Source of the DNA: Eledone cirrhosa
Lineage: Eukaryota
Assembly (NCBI GenBank): GCA_964016885.1
Contig: OZ024751.1
Span: 26,040,001-26,104,000, forward strand
Length of the DNA: 64,000 bases
Direction of reading: 5' to 3'
Shown one piece after another: positions 14,227 to 26,243 of the stretch. The stretch's first letter is position 1; each line of letters opens with the position of its first letter. The notes beneath the pieces are model-generated. The model searched no databases and had not been told where the DNA came from. It saw nothing but the letters and a program-made list of their open reading frames with translations. The position numbers and the translations under genes are program-made.

Positions 14227-14415
14227 GGGCGGTGGATTGGCAGTATCGGTAGAGGGTCGGATGCCACGCTTTCCAGCATAGTTACGTCCCTTTACGATCT
14301 GAGTTCAAATCCCGCCGAGGTTGACTTTGCCTTTCATCCTTACGGGGTCGATAAAATAAAGTACCAGTAATGCACTGGGTAATTGCTGGCCTTGTGCCTA
14401 AAGTAGAAACAATTA
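14227..14415 (+). mobile_element. Full-length Nin-domain SINE
   Basis: A-box tggcagtatcgg, B-box gagttcaaatccc, Nin core, tail gtagaaacaatt; flanked by the direct repeat attatctaatacatacta (TSD). Confidence 0.9.
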
Positions 14416-14666
14416 TCTAATACATACTACCAGGGATGGAAATGTGGCTATTATTTCCATCAAATCAAGAAATACTATGAAGGTTTTCTCGGTGACGTCA
14501 CTGAAACATACTTTGGTTCGTTGTTCGTATTTTAACTTTATTTTGTGTGTGTTTTCATATTAAGTATGTTTGTTTTATAGAAACGTTATTGTAATTATGT
14601 ATGGACCTCTAACACCTATTGAGGTCATAAGAGTGCCTTAGGGATATTTCGGGTGTCTTGAGTATT

Positions 14667-14840
14667 TTAACCCTTTAGCATTTAAACCAGTCATATCAAG
14701 CCAGAAATCTCTCACCTCTTTCTGTTCAAACCAGCTGTAACTGACCACTCATACCTATTTAAGGTATTCTTCTCAAAATAAATAACATCAAAATCTCATA
14801 GACTTGATATTATGTGAGATAATTATGTTTAAAGGGTTAA
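14667..14840. mobile_element. piggyBac-like MITE (TTAA-CCCTT termini)
   Basis: ttaaccctttagcatttaaa ... tttaaagggttaa; homologues at 48510-48715 and 52655-52870. Confidence 0.75.
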
Positions 14841-15049
14841 ACATGGCAAATCCCATTCCTCTCCAGATCTGAACAAAGCCGATTCCTTCTAGAGAGAGGG
14901 GGGGGGGGTGAGGGGGTGACTTTCATTCTTCTGTGTGCATGTGAGAGTTTGACGTTTATAACTGACAGGAAATGAGGAACACGGATGTTTGAGAACAAAT
15001 GTTTCAGAAAGTATCTCACATCTAGAATGGTACACCAACATCTGGCTGA

Positions 15050-15930
15050 TCCAGTGGCACACCAACATCTGGCAGCTCCAATGGCACATCTAGTGTGGCA
15101 CCTGAACGACTGGCTGTACCAGTGGCACATCTAGTGTGGCACACCAATGACTGGCTGTACCAGTGGCACATCTAGTGTGGCACACCAATGACTGGCTGTA
15201 CCAGTGGCACATCTAGTGTGGCACACCAACGACTGGCTGTACCAGTGGCACATCTAGTGTGGCACACCAACGACTGGCTGTACCAGTGGCACATCTAGTG
15301 TGGCACACCAACGACTGGCTGTACCAGTGGCACATCTAGTGTGGCACACCAGCGACTGGCTGTACCAGTGACACACCAACGACTTGCTGTACCAGTGGCA
15401 CATCTAGTGTGGCACACCAACGACTGGCTGTACCAGTGGCACACCAACGACTTGCTGTACAAGTGGCACATCTAGTGTGGCACACCAACGACTGGCTGTA
15501 CCAGTGGCACATCTAGTGTGACACACCAACGACTGGCTGTACCAGTGACACACCAACGACTTGCTGTACCAGTGGCACATCTAGTGTGGCACACCAGCGA
15601 CTGGCTGCACCAGTGGCACACCAACGACTTGCTGTACAAGTGGCACATCTAGTGTGGCACACCAACGACTGGCTGTACCAGTGGCACATCTAGTGTGGCA
15701 CACCAATGACTGGCTGTACCAGTGACACACCAACGACTTGCTGTACCAGTGGCACATCTAGTGTGACACACCAATGACTGGCTGTACCAGTGGCACACCA
15801 ACGACTGGCTGTACCAGTGGCACATCTAGTGTGACACACCAATGACTGGCTGTACCAGTGGCACATCTAGTGTGACACACCAATGACTGGCTGTACCAGT
15901 GGCACATCTAGAGTGGCACCTCAATGACTG
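15050..15930. repeat. Compound minisatellite of 41-bp and 27-bp related units
   Basis: gtggcacatctagtgtggcacaccaacgactggctgtacca, with a shorter internally deleted unit. Confidence 0.95.
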
Positions 15931-16149
15931 GTCCCTCCAGTTAAAGGAACTTGGTTGATTTTACCAATTTAGTAGAGAGAACATGGGCAATTTGGTGGAA
16001 AGATAGCATAGTTCCTTCAATCAACCCTAGTATTTAACTGGTACTTTATTTTTATTCACCCCAGAAGGACAAAAAGTGGAGTTGACCTCAGTAAGATAAC
16101 AACTGGGTATAAACACTTGAAGGTTTCACTAACAATTCTGCTAAATCAC

Positions 16150-16471
16150 ACACACAGACATATATATATGTATATATGTGTATATATATACATATATATA
16201 TATGTATATATATACATATATATATATATATGTATATATATACATATATATATGTATATATATACATATATATATGTATATATATACATATATGTATGTA
16301 TATATATACATATATGTATATATATACATATATATATATATGTATATATATACATATATATATGTATATATATACATATATATATGTATATATATACATA
16401 TATATATATACATATATATATATACATATATATAAATATGTATATATATACATATATATGTATATATATAC

Positions 16472-16523
<52 letters not shown>

Positions 16524-16551
16524 GTATATATATACATATGTATATATATAC

Positions 16552-16593
<42 letters not shown>

Positions 16594-16609
16594 ATATGTA
16601 TATATATAC

Positions 16610-16664
<55 letters not shown>

Positions 16665-16773
16665 CATATATATATATACACATATATATATATACATATA
16701 TATATATACATATATATATATACATATATATACATATATATATATATACATATATATACATATATATATATAC

Positions 16774-16804
<31 letters not shown>

Positions 16805-16815
16805 CATAAATATAC

Positions 16816-16848
<33 letters not shown>

Positions 16849-16951
16849 CATAAATATACATATATATATATACATATATATATATACATAAATATACATA
16901 CATATATATATATACATAAATATACATATATACATATATATATATATATAC

Positions 16952-17006
<55 letters not shown>
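16150..17006. repeat. Long interrupted (TA)n
   Basis: direct reading. Confidence 0.97.
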
Positions 17007-17009
<3 letters not shown>

Positions 17010-17274
17010 GATGTAACAGGTAAATTGGGACAAGTTTCAAATGGGCATATTTTTAATTGTATAGGTTTTGTTGGAGTCTAAATTTTAAATATTACCAGCT
17101 TAAATAATCACTTATTCATAATTAGTTCAATCTGAAATTAAAAAAATAGTATGTTAATAAAGAATTAAACCGTAGAAGTCTAATTGCTGAATTATTCCGC
17201 GCCAGCATAAGTGCTAGGGGAGATTGTTAGAACCACAAAGTCTGCCAAATCTACTGTTTTTAGAGTTGTAGCCA

Positions 17275-17677
17275 ATTTGAAGAAAAGGTCAGAGAATTTG
17301 AAGAAAAGTCAGAGAATTTGAAGAAAAGTCAGAGAATTTGAAGAAAAGTCAGAGAATTTGAAGAAAAGTCAGAGAATTTGAAGAAAAGTCAGAGAATTTG
17401 AAGAAAAGTCAGAGAATTTGAAGAAAAGTCAGAGAATTTGAAGAAAAGTCAGAGAATTTGAAGAAAAGTCAGAGAATTTGAAGAAAAGTCAGAGAATTTG
17501 AAGAAAAGTCAGAGAATTTGAAGAAAAGTCAGAGAATTTGAAGAAAAGTCAGAGAATTTGAAGAAAAGTCAGAGAATTTGAAGAAAAGTCAGAGAATTTG
17601 AAGAAAAGTCAGAGAATTTGAAGAAAAGTCAGAGAATTTGAAGAAAAGTTCAGAGAATTTGAAGAAAAGTTCAGAGA
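17275..17677. repeat. 20-bp tandem repeat (agagaatttgaagaaaagtc) ~19 copies inside the transposase
   Basis: direct reading. Confidence 0.97.
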
Positions 17678-18202
17678 AAGCCTCGCAGTCCTCGCAGTGA
17701 CTGAAAACTCACACCTCACTTCTTAGCAGGACTTAAAAGATCGATTGCGTCGAATCCATCAAAATCGATGGCAAAGTTAGCTCAAGATCGAGGAATCAGT
17801 AAAATGGCTGTTTCTAGGGCTGTGAGACATGACCTTCATATGAAATCATATGTGAGGATATACTGTAACATCTTAACTACCCACTGCAAAGCCATTCAAG
17901 CTGAAAGAAGTCCCAAACTTCTTAGTCATCTGAAACATCATGGCGGAGACGTCCACATCTTCCATGGATGAAAAGAAATTCGTGGTAGACGAAGTGGCAA
18001 ACCATCAAAACTCACGAGTGATAGCGTACAACCCTTCCTAAGTTCCTTCAGCTATGTATAGCAACAATCCAGCTTCCAATATAGTCTTTGGAGCTGTTGC
18101 AAATGATGGGAAATTGATGCCTCCTCATTTACTGAAGCTGGTCTTAAAATCAACACAGCAGACTATCTCAAAATTTTAGAAGTTTTGTTGGTCTGGATAA
18201 GG

Positions 18203-18355
18203 AAGCATTATGATAAGTCACAAGCATTATGATGAGTCACAAGCATTATGATGAGTCACAAGCATTATGATGAGTCACAAGCATTATGATGAGTCACAAG
18301 CATTATGATGAGTCACAAGCATTATGATGAGTCACAAGCATTATGATGAGTCACA
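18203..18355. repeat. 19-bp tandem repeat (agcattatgatgagtcaca) ~8 copies inside the transposase
   Basis: direct reading. Confidence 0.97.
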
Positions 18356-18583
18356 GTTGTACAGGACTCTGCAGCCACCCATTCTTCGAAAAGAGTGCAA
18401 GAATTTTTGAAGAAGGAATTGTCCATATTTGTCCCTAAAGATATCTGGTCCTCTAGCTCGTCAGATTTGAATCTGTGTGATTTCATCAATTTCTAAACAG
18501 ATTAAACTTGTAAAGAAAGCAAATGGTGGTCATATTGAACTGAAATAAGTGCTAAACTCTCCACAATAAATTGGCATAAACTT

Positions 18584-18623
<40 letters not shown>

Positions 18624-18888
18624 GATAATAATTGTTTCTACTTTAGGCACAAGGCCAGCAATTACCCAGTGCATTACTGGTACTTTATTTTATCGACCCC
18701 ATAAGGATGAAAGGCAAAGTCAACCTCGACGGGATTTATATATAATGATAATAATAATAGCAGTAATATTTTCAATAAAAAAAAAATTATAAACAAAATA
18801 GAATAAAATCACAAAAATATATGAAAAAATAAATTAATTCTTTCTTTAACCTTTAATCATTTGGTTTTTGTTGTTTTAGAAATATCAA

Positions 18889-18922
<34 letters not shown>

Positions 18923-19596
18923 GCATGTATATATATATATGTATATATATATGCTTACTTTGCTTTCAATATTTGTATTGTTTTTTCTCCATTTCTCAGT
19001 TGTGAATTGATTTAAAGGAATGTTGTAAGTTTTGAGTCCATCAAGTATTTGAGTGTGTGTGTGTATTTGAGTGTGTGTGAGTGTGTGTGTGTGTATTTGA
19101 GTGTGTGTGTGTATTTGAGTGTATGTGTGTATTTGAGTGTGTGTGTGTGTGTATTTGAGTGTGTGTGTGTATTTGAGTTTGTGTGTGTGTATTTGAGTTT
19201 GTGTGTGTGTGTGTATTTGAGTGTGTGCGTGTGTATTTGAGTGTGTATGTGTGTTTGGAGTAAAGACATTAAGTGTATGCATGTGTATATTTATGTGTGT
19301 GCATATATTTCTGTATGTGTGTGTTTGAATGCGTGTATATATGTTTTCATGTATATATATATATATTTATATATATATGATATATATATGTGTGTATGTA
19401 TGTAGTTTTAGATTTATTTATATGTATATGTGTTTGTGTCTAAATGTGTGTGTGTGTACATTTAAATATACTTGAGTGTGTGTGCATATGTTTAAATTTG
19501 TCTGAATGGATATGGTGGTACCCCAGCCCAATCGTAATGCCATAGGGAAATTGTTTCTGTGCTTGGGTGTATATATATATATATCTCACTCTATCT

Positions 19597-19651
<55 letters not shown>

Positions 19652-19710
19652 ATATTTACTCTCTTGGTCATATTTGCCTGGAAACTAGGGAGTAGAGATG
19701 ACTCTGGTGT

Positions 19711-20490
19711 TGCACAATATATGACAAACTCTCTAATGCTGGGGCCATGATAAAATACTCCCAGCACAATATATGACAAACTCTCTAATACTGGTGCCAT
19801 GATAAAATACACCCAGCACAATATATGACAAACTCTCTAATACTGGTGCCATGATAAAATACACCCAGCACAATATATGACAAACTCTCTAATGCTGGGG
19901 CCATGATAAAATACTCCCAGCACAATATATGACAAACTCTCTAATACTGGTGCCATGATAAAATACACCCAGCACAATATATGACAAACTCTCTAATGCT
20001 GGTGCCATGATAAAATACACTCAGCACAATATATGACAAACTCTCTAATGCTGGTGCCATGATAAAATACACCCAGCACAATATATGACAAACTCTCTAA
20101 TGCTGGTGCCATGATAAAATACACTCAGCACAATATATGACAAACTCTCTAATGCTGGTGCCATGATAAAATACACTCAGCACAATATATGACAAACTCT
20201 CTAATGCTGGTGCCATGATAAAATACACTCAGCACAATATATGACAAACTCTCTAATCCTGGTGCCATGATAAAATACACCCAGCACAATATATGACAAA
20301 CTCTCTAATGCTGGTGCCATGATAAAATACACTCAGCACAATATATGACAAACTCTCTAATGCTGGTGCCATGATAAAATACACTCAGCACAATATATGA
20401 CAGACTCTCTAATGCTGGTGCCATGATAAAATACACCCAGCACAATATATGACAGACTCTCTAATGCTGGTGCCATATACACCCAGCACA
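19711..20490. repeat. 52-bp minisatellite ~15 copies, running into a SINE 3' half (20490-20670)
   Basis: period 52 (19762 to 19814); continues into ...atccagctgt...gtccaacccatgccagcatgga RTE-type tail. Confidence 0.93.
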
Positions 20491-20890
20491 ATTTGTAAAA
20501 TGGTCAGCATTAGAAAGAGTATCCAGCTGTAAAAGCCTTGAATTGGAATGTACAAGACATGATGATAACTGAACCAGCTAAGAAAGCTGAAAATTCAAAT
20601 GAAAAATAAATATTGACACGTCCAACCCATGCCAGCATGGAAAGCAGATATATAACAGTGGTAATGATGATGCCTGTGTGTGTGTGTGTGTGCAAGTGTG
20701 TGTGTGTGTGTTTAAAAATATTAAGGTATGTGTGTGCATGTCTTTGTATTGCATGTGTCTATGTCAATGCATGTGCCAGTGTGTAGACTTAAATTTTAAT
20801 GTGTGTGTAGCTGCATGCATAAAGTTCAATGTATGTATGTGTTGTGAAGATTTATATGCCTCTACATATGTGTGTGTTTATATTTGCTTG

Positions 20891-20938
<48 letters not shown>

Positions 20939-20971
20939 AGGAATGTGTAGTTTACTTGAAGCATTGTGTAT

Positions 20972-21310
20972 GGTGTAAAGAATTTGAAGTTTGAAAGTCA
21001 CGACAATGTAGGTTTGGACAGAGAAAAATTAAAAAGTAAGAAATAGGGCTTGTCTTTTTTACCTTAATTTAATCATAATTCCTGATATTTTGAGATTAAT
21101 ACCTCTTCTTCCGGCCAGCATGGTATAGCAAGTCACATGGGACACTGGAGTAGTTCCTTTATTTTCCTCGGAACAAGAGATATTAATCTCGAAATATCAG
21201 GACATATAAATAAATTAAGGTAAAAAAAAGACAAGCCCTGTTTCTTACATTTTAATTTTTCTGTCCAAACCTGCATTGTCGTGGCTTTCAAACTTCAAAT
21301 TCTTTATATC
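20972..21310. mobile_element. Imperfect fold-back palindrome (Penelope-like pLTR type)
   Basis: 20972-21113 is the reverse complement of 21169-21310; degenerate hammerhead-like core gagat-atta-atctc-GAAA. Confidence 0.65.
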
Positions 21311-21881
21311 ATCATCATCATCATCTTCGCTTTTTAGCATGGGTTAGACGGGATTTGTCCCACTTGAGGCAAGGTTTGTCGGGTGACTGTGTCTCGCTCA
21401 TATAGGACTATCTGGCAGGTTTTCTACGGCTGGATGCCCTTCCTAACACCAACCATATTTACAGTGTGGAACTGGGAACTTTTTACCGTGTTACCTACAC
21501 GGCCACATTACAGCGTGGACTGTGTGTTTGTTTGTCGTGACACCTACACGATCTCGATCTCATTATCTCATGTATTTGGACTGGATGTTGTGGTACCAAC
21601 TTTACAGAGAGAGATGGTGGTGTTGATGGGTGTGGGAGGATAGGGTAGGGGTAGTGGATTGGGGTGTATATTTGGTTAAGAGGTGCCTACTGGCTGTAGG
21701 TTTCACTTTGTACATACATATACATATATATACATATATATATATATATATACCTGTGTGTGTGTATAGTGACAGTAAATGAAGAAAGATGATATGTATG
21801 TTGTAGTTACAATGGTGAAAGCAATATATATATATATATATGTATGATGATGATGATGGTATTGGTTTCTGTGTGTATGTA

Positions 21882-21999
21882 TTATGTTGAAGGTTTAACA
21901 AGAACTTGTCTAGCCACAGCAGCACTGGACGAGGGTTTCAGGTAGAAATATGAAGAGTACTGTCCTATAAAGAGCAGTTGATAGCCTTGGTGAGTGAAT
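21882..21999 (-). CDS. POMGNT1-like last coding exon with stop codon
   Basis: atttcag|; FTHQGYQLLFIGQYSSYFYLKPSSSAAVARQVLVKPST*; TAA at 21884-21882. Confidence 0.88.
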
Positions 22000-22012
22000 C
22001 TGAAATAGAAGA

Positions 22013-22043
<31 letters not shown>

Positions 22044-22085
22044 GGTGGTGGTGGTGGTGGTGGTGGTGGTGGTGGTGGTGGTGGC

Positions 22086-22116
<31 letters not shown>

Positions 22117-22171
22117 TTAGTGGTGGTGGTGGTGGTGGTGGTGGTGGTGGTGGTGGTGGTGGTGGTGGTAA

Positions 22172-22205
<34 letters not shown>

Positions 22206-22229
22206 GGTGGTGGTGGTGGTGGTGGTGGC

Positions 22230-22264
<35 letters not shown>

Positions 22265-22307
22265 AAGTGGTGGTGGTGGTGGTGGTGGTAGTGGTGGTGG
22301 TGGTAGC

Positions 22308-22353
<46 letters not shown>

Positions 22354-22468
22354 ATAGTAGTAGTGGTGGTGGTGGTGGTGGTGGTGGTGGTAGCAGTAGT
22401 AGTAGTAGTAGTGGTGGTGGTGGTGGTGGTGGTGGTGGTGGTGGTGGTGGCAGTAGTAGTAGTAGTAA

Positions 22469-22502
<34 letters not shown>

Positions 22503-22511
22503 GGTGGTAGC

Positions 22512-22557
<46 letters not shown>

Positions 22558-22760
22558 ATAGTAGTAGTGGTGGTGGTGGTGGTGGTGGTGGTGGTGGTAG
22601 CAGTAGTAGTAGTAGTAGTAGTAGTAGTAGCAGCAGTAGTAGTAGTAGTAGTAGCAGTAGCAGTAGCAGCAGTAGTAGTAGTAGTAGTAACAGTAGTAGT
22701 AGTGGTGGTGGTGGTGGTGGTAGTAGTAGTGATGGTAGTAGTAGTAGTAGTAGTGGTGGT
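22013..22760. repeat. (AGT)n/(GGT)n block filling the last intron
   Basis: direct reading. Confidence 0.97.
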
Positions 22761-22771
22761 ACATTACTCAC

Positions 22772-22900
22772 CTTAAAAGCCCTCTGTGCAAGCCATTTGG
22801 TTTGTGTTTGTCATGTAAGGAGAGGCCGAAACATTTGGTGACAATTGCTAAAACTGTGAAGTCTGAGGAATTGTCCTGCTCATAGAAGACTGAGTAATAC
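22772..22900 (-). CDS. POMGNT1-like exon
   Basis: ttgtccag|...|gtgagt; YYSVFYEQDNSSDFTVLAIVTKCFGLSLHDKHKPNGLHRGLL (cf. 'DDFTTW..LAKC......RGNHRGLWR'); phase 2/2. Confidence 0.9.
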
Positions 22901-22927
22901 CTGGACAAAGAGAGAGAGGGGGGGAAG

Positions 22928-22965
22928 CATCATCATCATCACCATTATCAACATCATCTCTACAT

Positions 22966-22999
<34 letters not shown>

Positions 23000-23620
23000 C
23001 CATTACCAACATCATCACTACATTTCATCATCATCAACATCATCAACATCATCACTACATTTCATCATCATCATCATCATCATTACCAACATCATCTCTA
23101 CATTTCATCATCATCATCATCAACAACATCATCACTACATTTCATCATCATCAACATCATCAACATCATCTCTACATTTCATCATCATCATCATCATCAT
23201 CATTATCAACATCATCACTACATTTCATCATCATCATCATCAACAACATCATCACTACATTTCATCATCATCAACATCATCAACATCATCTCTACATTTC
23301 ATCATCATCATCATCATCATCATTACCAACATCATCTCTACATTTCATCATCATCATCATCATCAACATCATCACTACATTTCATCATCATCATCATCAT
23401 CATTATCAACATCACTACATTTCATCATCATCAACATCATCAACATCATCTCTACATTTCATCATCATCAGCATTATCAACATCATCTCTACATTTCATC
23501 ATCAACATCACTACCATCATCATCAGCATTATCAACATCATCTCTACATTTCATCATCAACATCACTACCATCATCATCATCATCATCATCAACATCATC
23601 ATCAACATCACTACCACCAC
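22928..23620. repeat. (CAT)n array punctuated by ctacattt
   Basis: direct reading. Confidence 0.93.
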
Positions 23621-23831
23621 TATTTATCTTTAGAAATAAAAACAGCATCTAAAAAAAAAAAAAACAACAAATCACATTAAATACTAAAACTTTAGACTAA
23701 TACTACGAATGTTTACAATCATCTGTTTATTAATTTTATTAATGAAGGTAGTGTAAACATTTGAATCAATAAACTCCTTTTTCGGTATTTTCTGCTAAAT
23801 GTGATGGTATGGGTTAATCTACCATATTTAC

Positions 23832-23999
23832 CGTTTTTCACTGGGAAACTTGATCCGTGATAGAAGTGAAGAATTCTTTAGACATTCATTGAAAAACGGC
23901 GCTGTCAGTATGGAACTCTGCCGCAGTAGTTTCAGAATTGTTACCTCATATTCACTCTTTTCCAAAGATTTGACATTCAATAGCTTCACCTTCTGTTCC
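23832..23999 (-). CDS. POMGNT1-like exon
   Basis: attctag|...|gtaaat; EQKVKLLNVKSLEKSEYEVTILKLLRQSSIL... (cf. '[22 protein letters not shown]'); phase 2/2. Confidence 0.88.
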
Positions 24000-25238
24000 C
24001 TAGAATTGCAGAGAATATTAAGAAGGATAGATAGATCTTTCATGCTAGCTGTGAAGATAGGTTACTTATAAATTGGTAGACTGTGGCACATCCACACACA
24101 CACACACACATATATACACATATACATACACATACAGAGATACACATACACACACACACATACATACAGAGATACACATACAGAGCTACACATACACTCA
24201 CAGACATACACACACATACATACAGAGATACACATACAGAGATACACATACACACACAGACATACACACACACATATACAGAGATACACTTACAGAGATA
24301 CACATACACACACACACACACACATACATACATACAGAGATACACATACACTCACAGACATACACACACATACAGAGATACACATACACACACACACACA
24401 CACATACATACATACAGAGATACACATACACTCACAGACATACACACACATACAGAGATACACATACACACACATACATACACACACATACACACACACA
24501 TATACAGAGATACACTTACAGAGATACACATACACACACACACACACATACATACAGAGATACACATACAGAGCTACACATACACTCACAGACATACACA
24601 CACATACAGAGATACACATACAGAGATACACATACACTCACAGACATACACACACACATATACAGAGATACACATACAGAGATACACATACACACACACA
24701 CACACACAGACATACACACACAGAGATACACATAATGAGATACACATACACACGCAGACATACACACACATAATGAGATACACATACACATATGCTAAGT
24801 TACTTACAAATTGGTAGATCATGGCACATATACACACAGATACATACACACACAGATACACACACATACACACACACTCATATACACACACATACACACA
24901 CTCACATATATACACACACAGAGACACACATACCCACACACATACATGTACATACACATATAATGCTAAGTTACTCACAAATTGGTAGATCATGGCACAT
25001 ATACACACAGATACATACACACACACAGATACACACACATACATACACTCACATATATACACACACAGAGACACACACACACACATACATGTACATACAC
25101 ATATAATGCTAAGTTACTCACAAATTGGTAGATCATGGCACATATACACACAGATACATACACATACACACACACACAGAGAGACACACAGATACACACA
25201 CATACATACACATACACATATAATGCTAAGTTACTCAC

Positions 25239-25388
25239 AAATTGGTAGACCGAGGTTGGTGAAACAATGTCTTCAGATATTCTTCATCGGTGCCGGAATT
25301 CAGGAATGGTTGTCTGTAAACCCGAGAGACATCGGGGATGATGACCTCCCCTTCACTGATATTCTCAATGCGCCAACCATCCCAAATT
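25239..25388 (-). CDS. POMGNT1-like exon
   Basis: tttattag|...|gtgagt; IWDGWRIENISEGEVIIPDVSRVYRQPFLNSGTDEEYLKTLFHQPRSTN contains the GT13 motifs WDxW and IIPDVSR; phase 2/2. Confidence 0.92.
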
Positions 25389-25484
25389 CTAATAAAGAGT
25401 AAGTTGTGATAAGGAAAATGATAGTGAAGAAAATGAGAATTATAGTGGTTAACCCTTTTTAACCCTTTACCATTTACATTACTC

Positions 25485-25518
<34 letters not shown>

Positions 25519-25600
25519 AATATTGTGTACAGTGCTCAGGTGCACTACAACTCAACAAAAAGTGTATGTATAGTGCATAGGGTAATGTACAAACGTCAGG

Positions 25601-26243
25601 AAAGGCTTTACCTCACATAATATCACATATAGTAAAGGCTTTACCTCACATAATATCTCACATAACATTTACATTACTCTATATATACTATTGTATTTTC
25701 ACAGTAAAGGCTTTACCTCACATAATATCTCACACAACATTTACATTACTCTATATATACTATTGTATTTTCACAGTAAAGGCTTTACCTCACATAATAT
25801 CTCACACAACATTTACATTACTCTATATATACTATTGTATTTTCACAGTAAAGGCTTTACCTCACATAATATCTCACATAACATTTACATTACTCTATAT
25901 ATACTATTGTATTTTCACAGTAAAGGCTTTACCTCACATAATATCTCACATAACATTTACATTACTCTATATATACTATTGTATTTTCACAGTAAAGGCT
26001 TTACCTCACATAATATCTCACATAACATTTACATTACTCTATATATACTATTGTATTTTCACAGTAAAGGCTTTACCTCACATAATATCTCACATAACAT
26101 TTACATTACTCTATATATACTATTGTATTTTCACAGTAAAGGCTTTACCTCACATAATATCTCACACAACATTTACATTACTCTATATATACTATTGTAT
26201 TTTCACAGTAAAGGCTTTACCTCACATAATATCTCACATAACA
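25601..26243. repeat. 72-bp minisatellite ~8.5 copies
   Basis: period 72 (25634 to 25706). Confidence 0.96.

Larger units (their letters stand above)
17007..18585 (+). mobile_element. Decayed Tc1/mariner transposon, DD37D (maT) family
   Basis: TA|CAGG left end; transposase remnants with HTH region, DEKKF, and QDSAATH...WSSSSSDLNLCD with 37 residues between the 2nd and 3rd Asp; frameshifts and stops; right TIR not found. Confidence 0.85.

Noticed and set aside
14227-14310. tRNA-like A and B boxes
   Set aside because: Head of a SINE; no cloverleaf or acceptor stem
15050-15930. Possible CRISPR-like or coding array
   Set aside because: No unique spacers; simple compound minisatellite
21965-22841. 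Gly/Ser-rich 287-aa ORF and reverse-strand ORFs
   Set aside because: Lies in the last intron of the minus-strand gene and is a trinucleotide repeat
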